Assembly: GCA_039028615.1 (NCBI GenBank)
Contig: JBCCHT010000003.1
Location: 320,001 to 384,000, forward strand
Direction: 5' to 3'
DNA: 64,000 bases
Source of the DNA: Myxococcota bacterium
GTDB lineage: Bacteria > Myxococcota_A > Polyangia > Nannocystales > Nannocystaceae
In this document: piece after piece, positions 18,630 to 30,967 of the stretch
Position numbering within the stretch: the first letter of the stretch is position 1
How the letters are laid out: every line of letters starts with the position of its first letter
Position numbers and translations under genes: made by a program
The notes under the pieces: model-generated
Told to the model about the DNA's origin: nothing
What the model saw: the letters and a program-made list of their open reading frames with translations, nothing else
Database searches by the model: none

Positions 18630-19868
18630 ATGCCCAGCCAAGCGCTCACCTTCGACAACGGGCGAGGCCAGCGCCTGTCGGCTCGCCTCGACCTGCCCGA
18701 CGCTCGCCCGCAGGGCTATGCCGTGTTCGCGCACTGCTTCACGTGCAGCAAGAACCTGCAGGCCAGCGCCTCGATCAGCCGCGCGCTGTCGGCCGCGGGC
18801 TACGGCGTCCTGCGCTTCGACTTCACTGGCTTGGGGGCGAGCGAGGGCGAGTTCTCGGAGTCGAGCTTCTCGGCCAACGTCGCCGACCTGGTCGCGGCGG
18901 CGCAGTATCTCGAGCGTGAGCACCAGGCGCCGCGGCTGCTGGTCGGGCACTCGCTGGGGGGCGCGGCCGTGCTGCGGGCGGCCGCTTCGCTGCCCTCGGT
19001 GCAGGCGGTGGCCACCATCGGCGCGCCCGCGCACCCCGAGCACGTCACCCAGCTGTTCCGCTCGAGCCGCGAGCAGATCGAGCACGAGGGCTGCGCCGAG
19101 GTCGAGCTGGCGGGGCGCTCGTTCTCCATCACCAAGGACTTCGTCGACGATCTGCAAGAGCAGCCCATGCGCGAGGCGATCGCGGGCCTCGGCCGGGCGC
19201 TGCTGGTGCTGCATGCTCCGCTCGACGACACCGTCGGGGTCGACAACGCCACGAAGATCTTCAGCCACGCCAAGCACCCCAAGAGCTTCATCTCGCTGCA
19301 CGGGGCCGACCACCTGCTCACCCGGCGAGAGGACGCGGCCTTTGCCGGCACCATGATCGGGGCCTGGGCGGCGCGCTACGTGAGCCCTGCGCCCGCCGAC
19401 GAGGACGCGCCCGCACCCGCGGTGGGAGAAGAGGTCGTCGTGCGCGGTCCGACCCAGGGCTTCCGCACCGAGATCGACGCGGCCGGGCATGCCCTGGTCG
19501 CCGACGAGCCGCGGTCGCTGGGCGGGACCGATACGGGGGCCGGGCCCTATGGCTTCGTCTTGGCCGGTCTCGGGGCGTGCACCGCGATGACCCTGCGCAT
19601 GTATGCCGATCGCAAGGGCTGGCCGCTGGTTCGTGCCGACGTGCGGTTGCGCCACGACCAGATCCACGTGAAGGATTGCGAGGGGTCGGCTGACGGCAAG
19701 CCGCGACGACTCGATCGCATCGAGCGGCAGCTGGAGCTGCGGGGGCCGCTCGACGACGAGCAGCGGGCGCGCTTGCTGCAGATCGCCGACCGCTGTCCCG
19801 TCCATCGCACGCTGAGCTCGGAGATTCGCATCGAGACTCGGCTCGCCGACGAGGACCACGATGGATGA
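18630..19868 (+). CDS. Bifunctional alpha/beta hydrolase / OsmC family protein
   Basis: FAHCFTCSK, FDFTGLG.SEG, GHSLGG, ADHLL; C-terminal ADEP, LGACT.MT, IADRCPVHRTL. Confidence 0.92.
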   Translation: MPSQALTFDNGRGQRLSARLDLPDARPQGYAVFAHCFTCSKNLQASASISRALSAAGYGVLRFDFTGLGASEGEFSESSFSANVADLVAAAQYLEREHQAPRLLVGHSLGGAAVLRAAASLPSVQAVATIGAPAHPEHVTQLFRSSREQIEHEGCAEVELAGRSFSITKDFVDDLQEQPMREAIAGLGRALLVLHAPLDDTVGVDNATKIFSHAKHPKSFISLHGADHLLTRREDAAFAGTMIGAWAARYVSPAPADEDAPAPAVGEEVVVRGPTQGFRTEIDAAGHALVADEPRSLGGTDTGAGPYGFVLAGLGACTAMTLRMYADRKGWPLVRADVRLRHDQIHVKDCEGSADGKPRRLDRIERQLELRGPLDDEQRARLLQIADRCPVHRTLSSEIRIETRLADEDHDG

Positions 19869-20277
19869 GGCGGGCCTGTGGCTCACGCCGCTGGCGCTGC
19901 TCCCCGGGGTGGCGCTGCTGGTGATGTCGACGGCCGCGCGCTTCGGACAGCTGCACGCCGAGCTGCATCACCACCTCGACCACGGGCGCGGCAAGGGGCT
20001 GCCCGGGCGTCTATTCGATCGGGCCGTCTTGCTGCGCAACGCGCTGGTCGGCCTGTATGTCGCGGTGGCCTGCCTGTCGCTGGCCAGCCTCGTGGGCGGC
20101 GTGGCGGCCTTGTGGATGAACGACGTGCTCGTGCCAGTCGTGGCCCTGACCGCGCTGTCGGTGCTGTGCGTGGCCTTCTCGTCCGTGCTGCTGATTCGCG
20201 AGTCGCGGATGCTGCTCGAGATCATTCGCGATCACGCCCGCGATGCCGAGGCGATCGGCGAGCGTCCCGAGGCCTGA
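19861..20277 (+). CDS. DUF2721-like membrane protein
   Basis: PLALLPGVALLVMST..RF, three hydrophobic segments; overlaps the upstream gene. Confidence 0.7.
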   Translation: MDEAGLWLTPLALLPGVALLVMSTAARFGQLHAELHHHLDHGRGKGLPGRLFDRAVLLRNALVGLYVAVACLSLASLVGGVAALWMNDVLVPVVALTALSVLCVAFSSVLLIRESRMLLEIIRDHARDAEAIGERPEA

Positions 20278-21040
20278 GCCAGGCGACGAACAGCAGCAGC
20301 CACGGGCCCAGGCCCGTCGGGCTCGAGCCGTTGCGGCAGCCGCAGCCCTGGCTCGGGGCCGGGTCGTCCTGGCTGGCTCCCGTCGTGGCGGGGGTCGAGC
20401 CCGTGCTGCCGTCGCCGGTCGATCCGCCGAAGGTGCTCCCGCTTGCACCCGTGCTCGAGCCGGTGGCTCCGGCCTCGTCGCCCGACGCTCCCGTGTCCCC
20501 GTCGCTGGTGGCGGGCGGGGGCCCGCACTCGGCTTTGCCCCCGTCGAGCATGACGCAGCTGTGCTCACAGATCTGAAGCTCGGTGGTGGTGGCGCCGTTG
20601 GCCGCACACTGGAGGATGGCCGGGCCGAGGCAGAGCAGCTGACCCGGCGTGCAGTAGTCGGGCTCGCACTCGCCCCGCAGGCAGAACTCGGGCTCGGGGC
20701 AGTGCTCGTCGACGGTGCACTCGAGGCAGGTCGAAGTCTCGAGGTTGCAGACCCCTCGCCCGCCGATGTCTTCGCACTCGTCGTCGCTACGGCAGGTGTC
20801 TTCGCAGATCTGCCGCTCGCCGCACGACCAGCCCTCGTCGCAGTGTTCGTCACCCAGGCACTGCACACACTCGCCGCTATTGGTGTCGCAGTGCGGCCGG
20901 TCGGGGAAGATGTCGCAGTCGGCCATGCGGTCGCAGCTGGGCGCCACGCCGATCTCGAACATCGGAGGCTCGATGAAGGCGTCGTGGGGCTGCGGACCGC
21001 CCATCGCCAGCGCGAGGGCCAAGCTGGCGACGCTGGTCAT
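20222..21040 (-). CDS. Cys-rich secreted protein with MYXO-CTERM-like sorting tail
   Basis: Signal peptide, repeated C..D.(D/H/E)C modules, Ser/Thr/Gly linker, GCGCR..PWLLLFVAWLRPR tail; ATG overlaps the upstream stop. Confidence 0.8.
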   Translation of the reverse strand: MTSVASLALALAMGGPQPHDAFIEPPMFEIGVAPSCDRMADCDIFPDRPHCDTNSGECVQCLGDEHCDEGWSCGERQICEDTCRSDDECEDIGGRGVCNLETSTCLECTVDEHCPEPEFCLRGECEPDYCTPGQLLCLGPAILQCAANGATTTELQICEHSCVMLDGGKAECGPPPATSDGDTGASGDEAGATGSSTGASGSTFGGSTGDGSTGSTPATTGASQDDPAPSQGCGCRNGSSPTGLGPWLLLFVAWLRPRDARRSPRHRGRDRE

Positions 21041-22929
21041 CAGCCGGGCACTTCGCAGGGGTAGGGCTCGACGCCGGGCACGGCCTCCACGAAGTCGGCT
21101 TCCTCCACGCGGCTGACGATCGAGTCGGGGTCCTCGACGGCGCGGCTGAACCAGTCGCGCATGGTCTCGCCATCGACCTCGCCGACCCACAGATCGGGGC
21201 GGATGCTGACGACGTGGACGCTCTGGTCGGAGACGCTGGTGAAGTAGTAGGAGATGCCAGGCAGGTCGCGGGTGTCGCAGTAGGACTGCCGCATCGTGTT
21301 GATCCAGAACGCCTCGTCGTCGAAGAAGGCATCACCCTGCTGGGTGGCGTCGACGGGGTTGCTGAGGATCAGCATCTGCTGCTCGGGCACCTGCTTGAGT
21401 CGCGGGGAAAGGGCGTCGTAGATCACCGGGCCCACCGCGCACTCGCCCGCGAAACAGTAGGGCGGGAGGTTCTCGACGGTGCCCCAGGCGGGAATCTTGA
21501 GCAGGCCCAGGCCGCTGACGCCCAGGGTGGAGCCGTTGTCGAGGGCGAGGCCGGCGTCGGGGAAGGCGATGGTGCGCGGCCACTGCAGATCGTCGAGTAG
21601 CCAGTGATAGTTGTACAGCGTGCCGTAGGCCCCCGCCGACCACCCGCCGAAGAACGCGACCACCTCGTCGGGGCGGAAGCCGTCGCCGCCCTCTTGTTCG
21701 TCCATCATCTGCCAGATCACGTCGCGGGTCATCTGGACGGCGGCTCGCAGGTTGACCGCGCCGTAGCGGGGCAGCGACAGATCGCCGAGTTCCTCGTCCA
21801 CGCCGCCGCCGGCAAAGACGTCCTGGTTGCAGTAGGGCAGGTAGATCTTCGTCCAGTTGGCGAACTCGCTGACGTTGGGATCGTCGGACGCGATGCCCAG
21901 GCCGATCGGCTCGTCGTCCATTGCGTTGAACAGACCGGGCTGGGACATCATGCGGGCGGTGCAGTCGTCCTCGAACAGGCACACGCCGCCGCCCTGCAGG
22001 CCGATGAGGACGCGGTCGAGGGGTTGGCCCTCGGGGGCGAGCTGGATCTGGAAGGCGTAGTCGCTACCGTCACCGCACTGGGTGCCCCACTGCTCGCTGT
22101 CCACCACGATCTGGGTCCACTCGCCGCGCGGGGCGGTGAACTGGGCGTGGGTGGGACCGCACTCGAGTCCGATGTCGCCGGGGGCCGGGTGCCCGCTGGC
22201 GGTGAGGCAGTCGACCTGGCCCGCCGCACGCTCGACATAGGTGGCGGGGCTGACCGCGATGACGGCCGACATGTCGCCGCAGGCGCCCTCGATGGCAGAC
22301 TGGGCGTCGGCGAGCAGAGCGTCGCGCTCGCCCTGGAGGGTGCCGGCGTCGCAGTCTCCCGCGCCGAGGCACTGGCCGATGGCGCCGAGCGAGTCGAACA
22401 CGAAGCCGGTCGCGGTCTCGTGCGCGCTGGCCAGGCAGGCGCGGTCGTTGGCGTCGGCCTCGGGCCAGACGGCGCCTTGGGGGCCACCAAAGGTACGCCA
22501 CGCGAGCGAAGAGGCCTCCGACTCGCAGGCGTTGCGCAGGCGGCCGACCACCGCGTCGGTGCTCAGCGAGAGGAATTCGGCGTCGCCGCAGCTGGCCTCG
22601 ATGCTCGCCTGCAGGTCGTCGAGCGCGGTCGCGGTGGAGGCATCGTCGCTGGCACACGCGGCATCGCTCGCCTCGTAGCAGGCCCGGGTGGCATCGCCGT
22701 AGCGGGCGACGCAGGTGCCCAGGGCTTCGAGCGCCGCCTCCGAGCAGGTCGCGGGCACGGGCTCGCCCGAAGAGCTCGAGTCGGCGGGTGAGGCGGTTTC
22801 GTCCCCGGTGGCGCTTCCGGTCGTGGTGTTGTCGGATGGCGTCGCCGTGGAGTCATCGTCCGCGCACCCGACCAGGCTCGCGGCCAATAGTGCGAACGAC
22901 AACGGGCGAAACGAACCTGTAAGCTGCAT
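21040..22929 (-). CDS. Pectin acetylesterase/Notum-like lipoprotein with Cys-rich N-terminal domain
   Basis: LVGC lipobox; CGDGSDY, QGGGVC, PYCNQD, GWSAGAYG nucleophile elbow, DAG. Confidence 0.8.
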   Translation of the reverse strand: MQLTGSFRPLSFALLAASLVGCADDDSTATPSDNTTTGSATGDETASPADSSSSGEPVPATCSEAALEALGTCVARYGDATRACYEASDAACASDDASTATALDDLQASIEASCGDAEFLSLSTDAVVGRLRNACESEASSLAWRTFGGPQGAVWPEADANDRACLASAHETATGFVFDSLGAIGQCLGAGDCDAGTLQGERDALLADAQSAIEGACGDMSAVIAVSPATYVERAAGQVDCLTASGHPAPGDIGLECGPTHAQFTAPRGEWTQIVVDSEQWGTQCGDGSDYAFQIQLAPEGQPLDRVLIGLQGGGVCLFEDDCTARMMSQPGLFNAMDDEPIGLGIASDDPNVSEFANWTKIYLPYCNQDVFAGGGVDEELGDLSLPRYGAVNLRAAVQMTRDVIWQMMDEQEGGDGFRPDEVVAFFGGWSAGAYGTLYNYHWLLDDLQWPRTIAFPDAGLALDNGSTLGVSGLGLLKIPAWGTVENLPPYCFAGECAVGPVIYDALSPRLKQVPEQQMLILSNPVDATQQGDAFFDDEAFWINTMRQSYCDTRDLPGISYYFTSVSDQSVHVVSIRPDLWVGEVDGETMRDWFSRAVEDPDSIVSRVEEADFVEAVPGVEPYPCEVPG

Positions 22930-22962
22930 TTTTGCAGCCTAACACGGTTTGGCGGCCGAGCT

Positions 22963-23910
22963 TCAGGTCACGACCTCGAACAGCTGCTCGTAGGGCAAGT
23001 CGGAGCCGAGCGCGGCGAGTCGCTCCATGCAGTGCGCGTCGATCCTCGCCTGCTGCTCTCGAGACAACAGCTCGTCGGTGGCGCCCGACTTGCCCGCCCG
23101 CACCATCGTGCCCTGGCCCTTGGTGAAGCGCATGCGCGGCGGCGCGAACTTGCTCTCGTGGGCTCGCATGTATTCGAAGGAGCAGCGCTCGACGACCTTG
23201 GCGTGTTGCTCGTCGCTCAGCCGTACGCGCATGGTCTGCGCCGTCTTGCGCACCATGCCGCCGAGGTCGGCCCGGAGCTGGGCGAAGGGCATGACCAGCA
23301 CGTTGGGCCGATCGCGGATGGCCCAGTAGCCCGCCGCGTGCTCGGGCCAGGGGCCCACCGGAAACTCGTCGGCGATGAAGATGTCGAGCCACTCTTCCAG
23401 CGAGATGGAGTCGTACAGGTCGAAGACGCCGAACAGAAAGTAGTAGCTCGAGACGAAGACTTCCTTGGGGTCCCGGAGCACGGTCAGGTAGGTCGCGTCC
23501 TCGGAGTAGGGGACGAGAGGCTGGCGCAAGGCGGTCTTGATCAGGCGCTTGCCCGTCGGTGAATCGCGCTGAGGTCCCGGATCGTCGAGCGCCACGACGC
23601 CCGAGAAATGGGCCTCGGGCCACGCGACGCGCTCGTGGATGTGGTCGAACTCCGCCTCTCCGTAGTGCGAGATCTGCTGGGCCATCTGCATTGCCCAATT
23701 GGTGCCCGACTTGGAGTAGGTCGCGATGAAGACGTCGTGCTCGGTGGGCTCGTAGCGAGCGAAGACCTTGGCGCCCGCCTCGTCGGTGGCTGCTTTGCCC
23801 AGCACGCGGCGAATGAGCCAGCTCGCGCACCCGAACGCACGAGCGAGGCGCATGACGGCGGCGATGGCGGTGTTGGGGCTGAGCAGGGGCGCTTCGGTGA
23901 ACGATCCCAT
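22963..23910 (-). CDS. PAPS-dependent sulfotransferase (cytosolic SULT-like)
   Basis: 5'-PSB loop DVFIATYSKSGTNW, 3'-PB RDPKEVFVSSY, CSFEYM, RAGKSG. Confidence 0.88.
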   Translation of the reverse strand: MGSFTEAPLLSPNTAIAAVMRLARAFGCASWLIRRVLGKAATDEAGAKVFARYEPTEHDVFIATYSKSGTNWAMQMAQQISHYGEAEFDHIHERVAWPEAHFSGVVALDDPGPQRDSPTGKRLIKTALRQPLVPYSEDATYLTVLRDPKEVFVSSYYFLFGVFDLYDSISLEEWLDIFIADEFPVGPWPEHAAGYWAIRDRPNVLVMPFAQLRADLGGMVRKTAQTMRVRLSDEQHAKVVERCSFEYMRAHESKFAPPRMRFTKGQGTMVRAGKSGATDELLSREQQARIDAHCMERLAALGSDLPYEQLFEVVT

Positions 23911-23934
23911 GATGTCGCGGCGGAGGGGAGCAGT

Positions 23935-24447
23935 TCAATCGGTGCCCAGCGGGTGGCTGGGACGTTCGTAGGTGTCGAGGGTGAGCCCCGTAGGACCGGG
24001 GACCCCGGCCTCCTCGAGCATCGCGAAGGCCTTGGGTAGTGCTTCGGCGAGGCTGCGAACGGGAATGAGCGTGAGCCCGCGACGAGTGAGGTACAGGGTC
24101 ATGGTGATCACCGCGCGCATGAATGCGCCGTCGATGATCGTCAGCGAGCCCAAGAAGGTATCGCCCACCTCGGCGGTGACGCGGTCGATGCCCTCGGCGA
24201 GCACACGGCGGGTCTCGGGCCCGGGCCGACCGCCCATGTCCGTCGTGTCACCGATGACCACGAAGCGGTTGCCTTCGCGACGCGCTCGCTCGGCCATGCG
24301 ACCGAGCCACTCGGTGTAGCCGTGCACCACCGCCGACGTCGGCATACCGAACCACGTCACGAACAGGATGGGGTAGTGCTCCGAGTTGAAGACGATCGAA
24401 GCTTGGGCCGACGTGCAGGACTCGATGTTCCCCACCGAGGTCATCAT
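23935..24447 (-). CDS. Hypothetical protein (STAS/SEC14-like fold suspected)
   Basis: YPILFVTW.G, P.PETRR, RAVITM..YL; start uncertain (24531, 24447 or GTG 24435). Confidence 0.55.
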   Translation of the reverse strand: MMTSVGNIESCTSAQASIVFNSEHYPILFVTWFGMPTSAVVHGYTEWLGRMAERARREGNRFVVIGDTTDMGGRPGPETRRVLAEGIDRVTAEVGDTFLGSLTIIDGAFMRAVITMTLYLTRRGLTLIPVRSLAEALPKAFAMLEEAGVPGPTGLTLDTYERPSHPLGTD

Positions 24448-24555
24448 AGAGGACTGAGGGATCCCCTGAACCATAAAAAGTACGCGGGCTGCGGACCGAA
24501 TGGCACGGATTGACACCTGGATCCGGCCCACACGAGGCCACGATGTCGGATGAAT

Positions 24556-25146
24556 TCAGTCCTTGATCGCGAGTGAATCGAGCACCAACTCGAACCCGGG
24601 GCGGGCTTTCTTGGCGTCTTCATCGGCGATCTGACTGTAGGTGACCACGGAGCGATCTTCGAGGTCGACCACGAACGCACGTTGTGTGTGTGGGACCTTC
24701 TCTCCCAACATGCTGGTCGACAGCGCCTTCTGTCGGCCTCGTACCTCGCGACCGAAGAGCGTACGCGTGGCGTCCTGAACGCCCAAGCTCTTCACGGTGA
24801 ACGCACCATCGGCCGTCGCGGCCATTTCCTTGACGACGTCGTCGAGGAACTCTTCGGCGTAGTCCTCTCCGAACTCGCCGCTGGGCTGATACTGCACGAT
24901 CATGAGCAGCGCGGACCCGCTGGACTCTACCGTCAGCGTGGTGACCCCGATGTCCTCGATGGTCTCTTGCTCGGCCTCCACCTCCCAGTTGCCGGGATAG
25001 GAGAAGCTCAGGCCGGAGTGCGAGAAGGACTTGGGATGTTCGACGTCGGCGTCCGGCTCACCGATGAGCGCATCGACGATCGCTTCGCATCCGGTGCTCA
25101 GCCCGGCACACAGGGCGATGGTGACGAACGCGGAGCGTCGGAGCAT
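24556..25146 (-). CDS. Hypothetical lipoprotein
   Basis: AAGGAG RBS, STGC lipobox, GLSFSYPGNW (PsbP/DcrB-like start). Confidence 0.7.
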   Translation of the reverse strand: MLRRSAFVTIALCAGLSTGCEAIVDALIGEPDADVEHPKSFSHSGLSFSYPGNWEVEAEQETIEDIGVTTLTVESSGSALLMIVQYQPSGEFGEDYAEEFLDDVVKEMAATADGAFTVKSLGVQDATRTLFGREVRGRQKALSTSMLGEKVPHTQRAFVVDLEDRSVVTYSQIADEDAKKARPGFELVLDSLAIKD

Positions 25147-25185
25147 GGGCTCCTTGATAGCAGGTTCGGTGGCGTAGCACCGCGA

Positions 25186-26613
25186 CTAATTGCCGTCGGA
25201 TTGGCGATGGATGTCGATCTTCCGCAGCGTGAGCCCTTGCACTCGAGCTTGGAGTCCGCGAGGGCGTAGGCCTTCGAAGGGGAGCTCCAGAGGGGAGACT
25301 CGCTCGACTTCGATCGCCTCCACGTCGGCCTGGCGCGGCCCGAAGGCGAGGCCACGGGCGCTCAGCACCATGTTGCGGGCATCGAATCGGAGCTGGCCGG
25401 GGGGCGGCCCTTCGGCGCGGTGGCTGATTTCACCCCGGATTTCGACGGTCTCGATGGCGGGGCGCTGCGCGTCGCCGAAGTGGAGCCGGCCGCGGGCGGC
25501 GGGCAGCTCGAAGGGCGCGACGCGAACCGACACGTCGATCTCGCTGAGATCGATCTGGGTGAACTCCACCCCGCTGCCCTCGTCGTCGGCCTGGGCGCTC
25601 TCGCGGAGCTTCGCGGACAGCCGCGGCCGTACGAAGGTGGACAGCCGAACCCGGTTGTTCTTCGCCCGCTCCATCCCCTCGGCGTCGAGCGGCCACTCGA
25701 GCAAGGGCAGGTTGTCGAAGGGCACCAGCGGGAGGTCTTTTTCGAGGATGAGCTTGTCGTCCTCGAGCTCGAAGTCGAGGACGAGGTCTTCGAGCCCGGC
25801 GAGGCTCTTTTCGAGCTGGTGATAGTCGAAGATGCCTTCCTGCAGCGGGACGCGGAACCGGTGGGTGGCCTTGCGGCGCCCGAGGATCGGCACCTGCAGG
25901 TCGGCGACCAAGTCGAGGTTCACGTGACCGTCGAGGCCATCGAGATAGGGTAGGGCAGAGGGCTCGGCGGGCTGGCCTTCGGCCTGCCGCTCCGGTTCGT
26001 CGTCGCTCGGGGTGCCGAACGTGGGCAGGTGAGTCTCGACGCTGCCCACGGACAGCGACTCGATGCGCAGCCGACCGCCGTCGAGGTGCACCGGTTCGGG
26101 AATGGAAAGGTCCTGGGCGACGACCTCCACGGTTTTCGTCTCGATGCGGACCGTGCTGGCGCTGGCGTGGCCTACCCGCACTTGGACCTCGCCCTCGGCC
26201 GTGGCGTTGACCTCGAAGTCATCGAGCACGACGGTCGTGCCCTGCACCTTGGCGCGCGGTAGATCGAGGCTGAGGGTCGCCTCCACCCGGCGCGCTCGGA
26301 TGACCCCCACGAAGGGCACGCTGCCGAGCGCCTTGGGCTCGTCGTGGGGCATCACCGCCTCGATCTCCACGTCGTGCAGGCGGCAGGTGCCCTGAAGGCG
26401 CCCCTGATACAGGCCCCACGACAGCTCCGAGACGAGCAGCGTGTCGGCCCGCAGCCCGTGCAGGCCCGTGCGTTCGGCGTCGCGTTCGAGCCGGCCGCGA
26501 ATGCCTCCCCCGGGCCCGAAGGCGAGCACGTCGGTGGCTCCATCGGCCGCGTCGAACTCGAGTCGGAGCCCTTCGGCACCCAGTTGCTCCACGCCGATTC
26601 GTAGCCGCGCCAT
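25186..26613 (-). CDS. Hypothetical beta-rich protein
   Basis: Long ORF with natural composition; no family recognised. Confidence 0.6.
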   Translation of the reverse strand: MARLRIGVEQLGAEGLRLEFDAADGATDVLAFGPGGGIRGRLERDAERTGLHGLRADTLLVSELSWGLYQGRLQGTCRLHDVEIEAVMPHDEPKALGSVPFVGVIRARRVEATLSLDLPRAKVQGTTVVLDDFEVNATAEGEVQVRVGHASASTVRIETKTVEVVAQDLSIPEPVHLDGGRLRIESLSVGSVETHLPTFGTPSDDEPERQAEGQPAEPSALPYLDGLDGHVNLDLVADLQVPILGRRKATHRFRVPLQEGIFDYHQLEKSLAGLEDLVLDFELEDDKLILEKDLPLVPFDNLPLLEWPLDAEGMERAKNNRVRLSTFVRPRLSAKLRESAQADDEGSGVEFTQIDLSEIDVSVRVAPFELPAARGRLHFGDAQRPAIETVEIRGEISHRAEGPPPGQLRFDARNMVLSARGLAFGPRQADVEAIEVERVSPLELPFEGLRPRGLQARVQGLTLRKIDIHRQSDGN

Positions 26614-26729
26614 CAGGCCACGATGGTATCGCGACGACCGCCGCACGTTCGCGCGGCTCAGCAGCCCGGTCTTCGGGGCTCGACCACATTTTCTGCTGCC
26701 GCCACGAAACCGCGCGCTATGGTCGATGC

Positions 26730-27365
26730 GTGACCACGACTCGCCTTCGCCAGCGGTGGGAGATCCGCACCCGAAGGCCGACGGCCGACGTCGTGGCGTT
26801 CTTCGATGGTGCGCTCGCCCAGGCCATCGACGAGCGCATCAACGGCGCCAAGGTCGAGCGTCGCGACATCGCGGGAGGCCGCACGGTGGGCGTGCGGGGC
26901 GACGGGTTCGTGATCTCGTTCGCCATGATCCCTGTGCGCGAAGGCGACCCGTTCCGCCGGAGCCTTCGACGGCGCGGCGTGGTGGACCTGATGGGCACGG
27001 TGGCGGTCTCCGACGAAGGGGCGGACCTCATGGTCGTCGCGGGCAGTGCTCCCGTGCGTACGTCCGAGCCGATCATCCGCTGGAGTTCGATCCCCTACGC
27101 CACCAAGGCGCTCGTCATCGGCTCCGTCGTGCTCCTGGCCATGCCGCTGGGCGTGGCGCTCTTCGTGATCGCCGTCTTGGGGCTGCTGATGGGGCTTTCG
27201 TGGAGCGGGGCCGACGACGAGCCGATGCTGAACGCGGCCGAGGACGAGCACCTCGCCGAGGAGATGCACGTCACCGCGGTTCAGCTATGGCGCGTGCTGT
27301 GTGACGACGTCTCCCGCCTGGTGGAGTCCGCGAACATCGTGCCCGCGTTGGTCGACGCCGACTGA
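26730..27365 (+). CDS. Hypothetical membrane protein
   Basis: Hydrophobic hairpin; TATGGT-N6-GTG leaderless geometry supports the start. Confidence 0.6.
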   Translation: MTTTRLRQRWEIRTRRPTADVVAFFDGALAQAIDERINGAKVERRDIAGGRTVGVRGDGFVISFAMIPVREGDPFRRSLRRRGVVDLMGTVAVSDEGADLMVVAGSAPVRTSEPIIRWSSIPYATKALVIGSVVLLAMPLGVALFVIAVLGLLMGLSWSGADDEPMLNAAEDEHLAEEMHVTAVQLWRVLCDDVSRLVESANIVPALVDAD

Positions 27366-27374
27366 AGGCCCGAC

Positions 27375-30824
<3,450 letters not shown>

Positions 30825-30967
30825 CGCGCGCAGGATGACATCGGAGCTTCGATGCGGGCAAACGCGATCGGGGCTGCCGAGTGGCCTGGGAGGCCTTTTC
30901 ACCGTCGGCGTCGCGCGGCTTGCTTCGGTCGGCGCCCCGGGGGGATGCTGTGCCCGGCTCAGCCGTC

